32,000 nucleotides of DNA, taken from the NCBI RefSeq assembly GCF_000621645.1, contig NZ_KK211323.1, positions 1 to 32,000 on the forward strand, read 5' to 3'. The notes beneath the pieces are model-generated. The model had not been told where the DNA came from, ran no database searches, and saw only the letters and a list, made by a program, of their open reading frames with translations. Made by a program: the position numbers and the translations under genes. Shown here piece after piece: positions 9,855-17,458 of this stretch. The stretch comes from Vibrio cholerae ATCC 14035 (lineage in GTDB: Bacteria > Pseudomonadota > Gammaproteobacteria > Enterobacterales > Vibrionaceae). Positions within the stretch are counted from its first letter, which is position 1; each line of letters opens with the position of its first letter.

Positions 9855-10159
9855 TTGCTAGTCTACTCAAATATGCTCCTGTTCAGGTCTTTTCCGCTCT
9901 GAGTGTCTTTGCTCTGATCGCTGTACAAACTCGCTTTCTCTCTCCGGAACATTATGGTGTGTTGGCGGTAGCGATGGTGGTGCTCGAACTCGTGCGTGCT
10001 TTTAGTGCTCAGTGGCTCAACACGTCGATGTTACGTCTTTACCCTGGGTATTCAGATAGGGAGCAAGTCCAACTCGTTCAAAGCATTTCACTGCTGGTCA
10101 TCATCGGATCTTTGCTTGGCTTTATTGTTATTGCCGCGACTTTATTTATCAGCAATTGA
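9851..10159 (+). CDS. vpsE: Wzx-like (MOP family) polysaccharide flippase, N-terminal fragment (gene split by a frame change; probable pseudogene or sequence error)
   Basis: 102-aa ORF with a TTG start preceded by GAGG. It has three hydrophobic TM-like segments and R-x-L-x-P...G spacing typical of Polysacc_synt N-termini. It ends at TGA 10157-10159, in the middle of what should be a 12-TM protein. Confidence 0.7.
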   Translation: MIASLLKYAPVQVFSALSVFALIAVQTRFLSPEHYGVLAVAMVVLELVRAFSAQWLNTSMLRLYPGYSDREQVQLVQSISLLVIIGSLLGFIVIAATLFISN

Positions 10160-11256
10160 ATTGGGAACGATTATTGGTACTGAGTGCTTTATTGTCGGTT
10201 AAATCGATATTTCAATACCAGTTAGAATTAAGTCGCTTAAATGAGCGATTGAGCGTTTATCGTCAAGCGACCGTATTGCAGTCAATTTCAGCGGTAGTGC
10301 TCTCCATCCTTTCGCTCTCTTGGGCGGCGACTATTGAGTCTGCGTTATTTGCTTTAACCTTGAGCTTTGGCATTGGGGCTTTGTGTCTGGGTTTACCTCA
10401 GCGGCCTAAATGGCATATTGCAATGTTAAAGCGTTTGCTTGCTTATGGTATTCCGATCATGTTGGCTGGGGGAATTGGTGTACTGGGTGGACGAATCGAT
10501 CGTTTATTTATCGCTCATTTTGTTGGGATGAATGAAACCGGTGTTTATGCTGCGCAAGCTAACTTATTGATGGGGGTTTTGGGGCTCGTTTTTATGGTGA
10601 TTTCTATGCCTCTCTACCCTAACTTAGCCAAACATGCGGAAGATAAAATCGCTCTTGTGAGTCAGCATAAAACCTATCTGCATTTACTGGTTACCCTTAC
10701 TTTTCCAGCTTTACTTGGTCTTGGCATATTACAAGATGAGATCATTAGGCTCTTTTTGGGTGAGCAATATCTGAGTCGTTCTAGCGAACTATTCTGGGTG
10801 TTAGCGATCGCTGTTTATCTGATTAATTTTAAAGGTCATTACCTTGATCATGGTTTACAGTTTCTATTACAGACTCGCAAGCTGCTATGGGTTTCTCTCT
10901 CGGGCTTAATCGCGAGCATTTTCCTACTACCTTTGATGCTCAATCAATTTGGCATGTTCGGCGCGGCTATCACCTTGCTTATAGTGAGTGGCTTAGTCGC
11001 AATACTCTCTTTTATTAGCTCATGGCGATCGGGGTATCGTTATGCTATCGGCATGGATGGCATCAAAGTGATCATTTCGGCACTGCTGATGGGTGGCTAC
11101 TTATACCTAGTGAAACAGTGGCCATTGGCGATCCATTCGTTATTCGCTCTAGCCTTTTATGTCACTACCTCATTGTTGTTTTATGGTATCTGTTTGTGGT
11201 GCTTGAATGCTTTTAATGCACGTCAGCGTTTATTCTCAATCTGGAGGCCTAATTGA
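10156..11256 (+). CDS. vpsE: Wzx-like (MOP family) polysaccharide flippase, C-terminal fragment (frame -1 relative to the N-terminal fragment)
   Basis: 366-aa ORF that is highly hydrophobic with about 9-10 TM segments. There is no SD upstream of the nominal TTG at 10156. The combined span 9851-11256 is 1406 nt, one short of a multiple of 3. Confidence 0.75.
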   Translation: MNWERLLVLSALLSVKSIFQYQLELSRLNERLSVYRQATVLQSISAVVLSILSLSWAATIESALFALTLSFGIGALCLGLPQRPKWHIAMLKRLLAYGIPIMLAGGIGVLGGRIDRLFIAHFVGMNETGVYAAQANLLMGVLGLVFMVISMPLYPNLAKHAEDKIALVSQHKTYLHLLVTLTFPALLGLGILQDEIIRLFLGEQYLSRSSELFWVLAIAVYLINFKGHYLDHGLQFLLQTRKLLWVSLSGLIASIFLLPLMLNQFGMFGAAITLLIVSGLVAILSFISSWRSGYRYAIGMDGIKVIISALLMGGYLYLVKQWPLAIHSLFALAFYVTTSLLFYGICLWCLNAFNARQRLFSIWRPN

Positions 11257-12473
11257 GCGAACGTAATCTCAATCGATGGATGATTCTGATTATCCTCAGT
11301 GCGTTTCTGTTGGGGGCTTTTTTACTCGAAAATATGGGTATTCAGTACGTTTCAGAAGGCGGAAGCCCCATACTCAAAATTCATGTCTATTCCTATTTGA
11401 CTATGGGGATTTTTGCCCTGTTGATATTATGGGTAGGACTTTTCAATCTTATTAAGCCTTTGAATGAGCTTAAAAAGGCATGGTGGCTGGCCATGGTATC
11501 GATGCTGGCCGTTATTTTATACGGCTTTATGCGATTCGGTACGTCGGGACTCGCTTATCTTATCGATACGATTTTTATCCCTTTGGTTTTGGTTCCTATT
11601 GTATACGGGTTATCCGATACAGCTAAAAATCGATTACTTGCTCTACTCGGCTATCTTCTATTTCTTAATGCTTGTATTGCTATTATTGAGCTTATATTGG
11701 CGCAGAGTATTGTGGCGGTAGAGATTGGAAGTTTTTCAACTTTCCGTTCGACCGCCTTTTTGGCGCATCCACTGAACAATGCGCTCATTACGGCGTCATT
11801 AACGCCGATTGTGATGCGTTATACACGAATTCCGGTGGCTTTGTATGTCTCTGTTATCGTGCTAGCCCTGTTTGCTTTTGGAGGGCGAGCTGCGTTGGGG
11901 ATTTTCCTATTGGGGAATTTTCTGATGCTGTTGCCTAAATTACGTGACTTTTTAGGCCAAGGCATTCGTTACCATAAGTTGAAATTCGCTTATCTGCAGG
12001 CCTTAGTCTATTTCTCTGTAATTGCCGTTATTTTGACCCTGGTGTTAAGTCCTATAGGTGAGCGAATACTGTCTAAATTGTATCTCGACAAAAGCGCCGA
12101 AGCGCGATTCGATGTTTTTATTTTGCTTGAACAGCTTTCACCTTCGGAGTGGGTATTTGGAGCCTCTCATGGATTACTGAGTGATATTGCCTTTTATATC
12201 GGGATCAATGTCGTGGAAAATTATTTAATTGGCTGGGTTCTTAACTTTGGCTTACTAGGGGCGATCGGCTTATTACTGGCAACTTACACTGTTCCAGTGC
12301 GCTTGATTTACCGACAAGAACTTCCTGCTCAAGTTGCTTTACTCAGTTTTATGTTGATATCACTGACTAACAATGCGCTAACGGTGAAGACTCCTGCACT
12401 CGTGTTATTCGTTGTCGCTTTAGTTTGTCGTTATCGTTCATCTGATCGTTCGTTGGCGAGCAAGAGTCATTAG
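11253..12473 (+). CDS. vpsF: Polytopic membrane protein, putative Wzy-type VPS polymerase (O-antigen-ligase-like)
   Basis: 406-aa ORF with a TTG start, a strong GGAGG 5 nt upstream and a TTGA overlap with vpsE. It has about 10-12 TM segments and is AT-rich, as is typical for Wzy genes. The function is inferred from position in a Wzx/Wzy cluster. Confidence 0.8.
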   Translation: MSERNLNRWMILIILSAFLLGAFLLENMGIQYVSEGGSPILKIHVYSYLTMGIFALLILWVGLFNLIKPLNELKKAWWLAMVSMLAVILYGFMRFGTSGLAYLIDTIFIPLVLVPIVYGLSDTAKNRLLALLGYLLFLNACIAIIELILAQSIVAVEIGSFSTFRSTAFLAHPLNNALITASLTPIVMRYTRIPVALYVSVIVLALFAFGGRAALGIFLLGNFLMLLPKLRDFLGQGIRYHKLKFAYLQALVYFSVIAVILTLVLSPIGERILSKLYLDKSAEARFDVFILLEQLSPSEWVFGASHGLLSDIAFYIGINVVENYLIGWVLNFGLLGAIGLLLATYTVPVRLIYRQELPAQVALLSFMLISLTNNALTVKTPALVLFVVALVCRYRSSDRSLASKSH

Positions 12474-12483
12474 GAGATAAGAA

Positions 12484-12915
12484 ATGTGGTTGTACCGTGT
12501 TGGCCATTTCTTCCATAAGCGCCGCATACCTCTATTACCTCAGGTCTGTAATGGTTTGATTCGTTTGGTTCATAATTGTGCCGTCTATAGTCAGTCTGAA
12601 ATTGGTAAAGGGACTGTCTTTGGCTATGGAGGGATTGCAGTTGTAATTCATAAGCGCTGTGTAATCGGTAAAGAGTGTGTGATTGGGAGTAATGTGACTA
12701 TTGGTGGCCGTTCTCGTTCACACAATGTTCCAGTGATCGGTAATTATGTCTATATCGCCACTGGGGCAAAAGTACTGGGTGATATTCGAGTCGGTGATGG
12801 AGCCGTGATTGGTGCGAATGCTGTGGTACTTGAAGATGTCCCGCCTTACAGCGTTGTAGTCGGAATGCCCGCCAAAGTGATCAAAACAAATATTAATCCC
12901 AAGGACTTTTACTGA
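12484..12915 (+). CDS. vpsG: Hexapeptide-repeat acetyltransferase
   Basis: 143-aa ORF with an AGGAG RBS and LbH repeats (VIGKECVIGSNVTIGG...IGNYVYIATGAKVLGDIRVGDGAVIGANAVVLEDVPPYSVVVGMPAKVI). Confidence 0.9.
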   Translation: MWLYRVGHFFHKRRIPLLPQVCNGLIRLVHNCAVYSQSEIGKGTVFGYGGIAVVIHKRCVIGKECVIGSNVTIGGRSRSHNVPVIGNYVYIATGAKVLGDIRVGDGAVIGANAVVLEDVPPYSVVVGMPAKVIKTNINPKDFY

Positions 12916-14255
12916 TGTTTACCAGTTCACTTTATGTTAAAGCACCAATCTGGCTGCAAAATGTCATGCTTTCTGTGCGGGCGCTGTCACGCCAAATGGT
13001 CAGAGAAAATGGTGAGATGCGTGCGGTGTTGCAAGAGATCCAAGCTAACGAGTTTTCACGTACTCATTTAGCGGATTATCAACACAAGCAGCTAAAAAAA
13101 ACCTTGGAGAATGCTCGTAACCATGTGCCGTTTTATCAGGATTTAGAGGTGCCTAATCTTGAGCTTGAGGCCTTCCCTTATCTGGATAAATCCGTATTAC
13201 GCCGTGATCACAAACAGTTTATCTCACAAAATAAACCGTCAGTGGTGGTGAAAGGGGCGACCAGTGGCACAACGGGTACACCTCTGACTATTTTGCAAGA
13301 TAGGCATTCGGTTATTCGTGAACAAGCCTTTGTCGCAAGACAGTTGGCTTGGGCGGGATATCGTAAAGGGGATAAACGAGCGTGGATCCGTGGCGATATG
13401 GTGGTGCCATTAAGTCAAAAGCAAGGACCATTCTGGCGCTACTCTTGGTTTGAGCAGATGATAGTGTTGTCCTCTTTCCATCTGACACCGAAAACGATGT
13501 CGAGTTACCTGCAAGCCATGGTCGATTTTGGGGTTGAAGTGATTCAGGCATACCCTTCTTCGATTGCTACGTTAGCCCGCTATTTAGAAGCCAACCAAAG
13601 TTATTATCCGGCGAAGCTCAAATCGATTATGACTTCATCAGAATCGTTGTCAGCAGAAGATAGACAGGTGATTGAGACACGCTTTGGCTGCAAAGTTTTT
13701 GACTGGTATGGCCTATTTGAGCGAGTGGCTGCGATAGGGCAGTGTGAGCATGGTCGCTACCATTTGCTCTCCGACTATTCACATGTGGAATTGTTAGCCG
13801 CAGGCGACGGGCGTTACGAGTTGGTCGGCACTAACTTTAATAATCAATATTTCCCTTTGATCCGCTATAAGACCGGTGATCATGTGCATTTATCTGAAAA
13901 CGAGGCTTGTCCTTGTGGTCGAGTCTTTCCTGTGATCGAGCGTATTGAGGGAAGGATTGGTGATTATCTCGTCGGTGAAGATGGTCAAAAAGTGCATATT
14001 CTTAACCATATACCCAAAGGTATCGCTGGGATTATGGCATGCCAATTTGTGCAGAGTGAACGAGGGCAGATTGTGGTGAAAGTGGTGGCTGATGCAGAGC
14101 AATTTAATCAAGAGCAGCAAAAACAGTTAATCAGCAATACTCAAGCTCGCTTAGGAAGCTCGCTCAATGTCACGATAGACATAGTGTCAGCACTTGAGCG
14201 CACTGCAAACGGTAAGATTCGCCAAGCGATTTGTACCATCAAGGATGTACAGTGA
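12915..14255 (+). CDS. vpsH: CapK / phenylacetate-CoA-ligase-like adenylate-forming enzyme
   Basis: 446-aa ORF with the AMP-binding-type motif GATSGTTGTPL and a C-terminal G-K (NGKIRQ). Its start overlaps the vpsG stop (TGATG). Confidence 0.88.
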   Translation: MFTSSLYVKAPIWLQNVMLSVRALSRQMVRENGEMRAVLQEIQANEFSRTHLADYQHKQLKKTLENARNHVPFYQDLEVPNLELEAFPYLDKSVLRRDHKQFISQNKPSVVVKGATSGTTGTPLTILQDRHSVIREQAFVARQLAWAGYRKGDKRAWIRGDMVVPLSQKQGPFWRYSWFEQMIVLSSFHLTPKTMSSYLQAMVDFGVEVIQAYPSSIATLARYLEANQSYYPAKLKSIMTSSESLSAEDRQVIETRFGCKVFDWYGLFERVAAIGQCEHGRYHLLSDYSHVELLAAGDGRYELVGTNFNNQYFPLIRYKTGDHVHLSENEACPCGRVFPVIERIEGRIGDYLVGEDGQKVHILNHIPKGIAGIMACQFVQSERGQIVVKVVADAEQFNQEQQKQLISNTQARLGSSLNVTIDIVSALERTANGKIRQAICTIKDVQ

Positions 14256-15328
14256 GAAAAAACATTAATCTAATGATCGCCACAGATCTGAAAGGACAAG
14301 GTGGTGTGGCAACAGTGGTCTCAACCTACGCTGATTGTGGTTTTCTAGAAGAAAACCACATCAAGTTGATTGCCTCACACTCAAGTTTGGACCACGGGCA
14401 GAAATGGCGAATGACATTGCGCTTTATGCTTGCACTCTGCCAATTGTTGTACTGCTTTATGCGTTACCGAGTCGGCATAGTACATATTCACATGTCATCA
14501 AGGGGAAGCTATCGACGTAAGTCTGTGATTATTCGTCTAGTTAAGCTTTTGAAAGGAAAGGTTATTCTGCACTTACATGGCGCCGAGTTTCGTGATTTCT
14601 ATCGAGATGAGTGCAATATGGTTCAGCAAAGGCATATTCGACACACTTTTGCTTTGGCGGATCATGTGCTGGTTCTTTCAACTCAATGGCTCGCATGGCT
14701 ACAAGAGGTCATAGGTAGAACACAAGGCGTTTCTGTTCTGTATAACGCCGTACCCAGTTTGGCTTTAGATCGCCACCTTGCTCAACCTGGCCGTATTGCC
14801 TTCCTTGGTCGTTTGGGGACGCGCAAAGGAGTCGGTGATTTGATTCAAGCCTTTGCGTTAGTTAAGCAGCGCTGCCCAGAAGCACAGCTGTATCTTGCTG
14901 GCGATGGTGAGATTGAAACCTATCAAGCGATGGCTGAGCAGCTTGGCTTGAACGGGTCCGTTCACTGTTTAGGCTGGATAGCTGGCGAAGCTAAGCTCAA
15001 ATTATTGACCCAAACTGATATTTACTGCTTACCCAGTTATAACGAAGGTTTTCCTATGGGCGTTATAGAAGCTATGTCGGCAGGGATTCCCGTCGTCGCA
15101 AGTCGAGCGGGCGGAATTCCTGATGCGATCAGTGATGGTGAGCAAGGTCGTTTAATTGAGGCCGGTGATGTGGTTGCTTTAGCGCAAGCACTCGGAGATC
15201 TGATTGAACAGCGTGCCGAAAATCAACGTATTGCGACCGCGGCGAAGCAAAAGTTTGCTGAAAACTTCTCTTTGCAAGCGGTGATCCCGCGTCTACAAAC
15301 ACTTTACGATGAGCTTTTAAAATCATGA
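14252..15328 (+). CDS. vpsI: GT4-family glycosyltransferase
   Basis: It has the E-X7-E motif EGFPMGVIE followed by AMSAGIPVVASRAGGIPD. I prefer GTG 14252, which has AAGGA 6 nt upstream and a GTGA overlap with the vpsH stop. The ORF-track start TTG 14231 and ATG 14273 are alternatives. Confidence 0.88.
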   Translation: MRKNINLMIATDLKGQGGVATVVSTYADCGFLEENHIKLIASHSSLDHGQKWRMTLRFMLALCQLLYCFMRYRVGIVHIHMSSRGSYRRKSVIIRLVKLLKGKVILHLHGAEFRDFYRDECNMVQQRHIRHTFALADHVLVLSTQWLAWLQEVIGRTQGVSVLYNAVPSLALDRHLAQPGRIAFLGRLGTRKGVGDLIQAFALVKQRCPEAQLYLAGDGEIETYQAMAEQLGLNGSVHCLGWIAGEAKLKLLTQTDIYCLPSYNEGFPMGVIEAMSAGIPVVASRAGGIPDAISDGEQGRLIEAGDVVALAQALGDLIEQRAENQRIATAAKQKFAENFSLQAVIPRLQTLYDELLKS

Positions 15329-16497
15329 AATCAACGACTGTAGCTGACATTAGCCAATGCTTATTGAATAAAGCTCGTACAGAACAATTCGCAGGATACG
15401 ATCCTTTTGATGGGCTCAATTCAAGCTGGTTCAAGCGCTTACCGATAAGCAAAGATTCGACTCTTGGTTTAGCGTGGATCCAGTTGTTCAAACGCTCACC
15501 GATTAATCTTCGCCCATGGCTAGGTGTGCCCAAAGCGCGAAACCCTAAAGGCGTGGCCCTGTTTATCCTCGGATTAATCGAAGAGTATCAAGTGACAAAA
15601 GATCCCGCTTTGCTCACAGAAGCGGAGCAACTGGCGCAGTGGCTAGTGACTCAGCGTTGTGATGAGCAAATCTGGCATGGTGCCTGTTGGGGATATCATT
15701 TTGATTGGAAAGCGCGAGCATTCTTTGTTCCTAAGGGGAAGCCGAATGTGATCACGACAGTCTATGTCAGTCGTGCCTTACACCAATTGGGGCAACTGAC
15801 GGGGCGAGCTGACTGGGTCGACTTGGCGCTGCGCAGTGGTGATTTTATTGCTGGCCATTTATTGACTCAAAATGAGAGCGGGGAATTTTTTGCGTATATC
15901 CCCGGTGAAACGGCATTTGTACACAACGCCAGTTTGTGGGCGGCTGCATGGCTGGCTGTGGTTGGCCGCGAAACGTCTTGCCCTGATTACACCGAGTTGG
16001 CATTACGCATTGCGCGTAACAGCGCTCAAGCTCAAGCTGCCGATGGCAGTTGGGCCTATGGCACTCGTCATCATCATGGATTTATTGACGGATTTCATAC
16101 GGGCTACAACTTAGAAGCGCTACATCTTATACGAACGACTTTAGCGACAAACGAATTTGATGAGGCGATTGCACGCGGTTTTCATTTTTACAAGCAGCAT
16201 CTATTTGAAGCCGATGGAACGGCGAAGTATTACCACAACAATCCTTATCCACTGGATCCGCACTCAGTATCACAGGCCATTATTACCTTACTCAGTGTTG
16301 GTGGTGAGGAGAGTGATGTTGTTTTGGTTAAACGAGTCATTCAGCGTGCTATTCAAACGCTATACATGCCTGAGCGGGATCAGTTTGTCTATCAACGTAA
16401 CAAACGTTGGGTTAACCGAATTCACTACGCGCGCTGGACACAGGCGTGGATGTACCTTTCATTTCGTTTTTATTTAAGAATTACCAATGAGGAATAA
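15325..16497 (+). CDS. vpsJ: Conserved soluble protein of unknown function in the VPS pathway
   Basis: 390-aa ORF with an ATGA overlap with vpsI and no signal peptide or TM segment. It is rich in W/Y/H (WGYHFDW, GFIDGFHTGYNLEAL). I cannot assign a family by eye. Confidence 0.85.
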   Translation: MKSTTVADISQCLLNKARTEQFAGYDPFDGLNSSWFKRLPISKDSTLGLAWIQLFKRSPINLRPWLGVPKARNPKGVALFILGLIEEYQVTKDPALLTEAEQLAQWLVTQRCDEQIWHGACWGYHFDWKARAFFVPKGKPNVITTVYVSRALHQLGQLTGRADWVDLALRSGDFIAGHLLTQNESGEFFAYIPGETAFVHNASLWAAAWLAVVGRETSCPDYTELALRIARNSAQAQAADGSWAYGTRHHHGFIDGFHTGYNLEALHLIRTTLATNEFDEAIARGFHFYKQHLFEADGTAKYYHNNPYPLDPHSVSQAIITLLSVGGEESDVVLVKRVIQRAIQTLYMPERDQFVYQRNKRWVNRIHYARWTQAWMYLSFRFYLRITNEE

Positions 16498-17239
16498 CCG
16501 ATTGAAACGCATTAATTTTCTGGGTAGCCCGATGGATGTGGCTTCGATGAGTGAAACGGTTGCGCTGATCCGCGATCGCATTTTGCGCCAAGAGTTTACC
16601 CAGCACGTGGTGGTCAATGTCGCTAAGTTGGTCAATATGCGTAAGGATCCTGAATTGGCTCAGTCCGTGACCGAGTGTGACATTATCAATATCGATGGTA
16701 TGGGGGTGGTTTGGGGGGCACGCTTTTTAGGTCACCAGGTTCCCGAACGAGTGGCGGGCGTTGACTTATTTCTTGAGCTCAATGCAATGGCCGCACAAGA
16801 ACAAATGCCCGTATTCTACCTCGGTGCAAAGCCGGAGATTGTTGAAAAAACGGCAGCAGTGATGCAGGCAAAGCACCCACAATTAGTGATCGCTGGTTAT
16901 CACCACGGTTATTTTTGGGATGATGAGCAAGCGATAGTTGAAAAAATCCGTCAGTCAGGTGCAAAACTTCTGTTTGTGGCGATCACATCCCCGAAAAAAG
17001 AGAACTTTATCAACCGCTGGCAAGAGCAGTTAGGGGTGTTATTTGTGATGGGGGTTGGCGGGACATTTGATGTTGTCGCTGGTCATGTTTCTCGGGCTCC
17101 CTTATGGATGCAAAAAGCCGGATTGGAATGGCTATATCGTGTGTTACAAGAACCCGGAAGAATGTGGAAGCGTTATTTAATTACTAATAGCCGCTATGCT
17201 TGGTTATTGCTCAATGAAAAAATAAAACCAAAGAATTAA
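16487..17239 (+). CDS. vpsK: WecG/TagA/CpsF-family (GT26) glycosyltransferase, ManNAc(A)-type transferase
   Basis: 250-aa ORF with GT26 signatures: INIDGMGVVW, SPKKENFI, GVGGTFDVVAG and GLEWLYRVLQEPGRMWKRYL. It overlaps the vpsJ end by 11 nt. Confidence 0.92.
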   Translation: MRNNRLKRINFLGSPMDVASMSETVALIRDRILRQEFTQHVVVNVAKLVNMRKDPELAQSVTECDIINIDGMGVVWGARFLGHQVPERVAGVDLFLELNAMAAQEQMPVFYLGAKPEIVEKTAAVMQAKHPQLVIAGYHHGYFWDDEQAIVEKIRQSGAKLLFVAITSPKKENFINRWQEQLGVLFVMGVGGTFDVVAGHVSRAPLWMQKAGLEWLYRVLQEPGRMWKRYLITNSRYAWLLLNEKIKPKN

Positions 17240-17254
17240 CCTTTGGGTGAAAAA

Positions 17255-17270
17255 ATAAACTTTGGTTTAT
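17255..17270. promoter_or_regulatory. Dyad box ATAAAC-TTTG-GTTTAT upstream of rbmA (same half-sites as the vpsA and vpsL boxes)
   Basis: It is directly visible and lies about 190 nt upstream of the rbmA ATG, just after the vpsK stop. A possible sigma70 promoter follows: TTGAAT 17294-17299, a 16-nt spacer, then TATTAA 17316-17321. Confidence 0.4.
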
Positions 17271-17352
17271 TTTTGCTTTCTGGTTTTTATTCGTTGAATC
17301 AAGTTTTTTTAATATTATTAATGCTTAGCCAATGCAATTGTCTTAGATTTGA

Positions 17353-17458
17353 TAAAGGTAGATCCTTTAATAAAAAGCGGATGTATTTTCTATAGTTATG
17401 AATTAGCCTTAGCGCCAGTTGTAAAAACAAATGGTTGTCTAACTTTAAAGGATCTATC
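17353..17458 (+). promoter_or_regulatory. rbmA leader: SD-sequestering long-range helix with an alternative SD-mimic hairpin
   Basis: TAGATCCTTTAA (17359-17370) is the perfect reverse complement of TTAAAGGATCTA (17445-17456), which contains the rbmA SD AAGGA. The helix extends by G58-U57 and G57-C58 to 14 bp and ends 1 nt before ATG 17459. TAAAGG (17353-17358) can instead pair with CCTTTA (17364-17369). Confidence 0.45.

Noticed and set aside
10140-10160. Programmed -1 ribosomal frameshifting as the explanation for the split vpsE.
   Set aside because: There is no X-XXY-YYZ slippery heptamer (the sequence is t-tta-ttt-atc-agc-aat-tga) and no obvious downstream stimulatory hairpin or pseudoknot. 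A mutation or sequencing error is more parsimonious.
9996-10202. A 68-aa ORF in the third frame crossing the vpsE break.
   Set aside because: It overlaps the hydrophobic, clearly coding frame of the vpsE N-terminal fragment. It has no RBS and is not hydrophobic in a TM-like pattern, so it is an artefact of the region.
15129-15533. A 134-aa antisense ORF across the vpsI/vpsJ junction.
   Set aside because: It lies opposite two coupled, well-supported genes and has no motifs. It is a shadow ORF.
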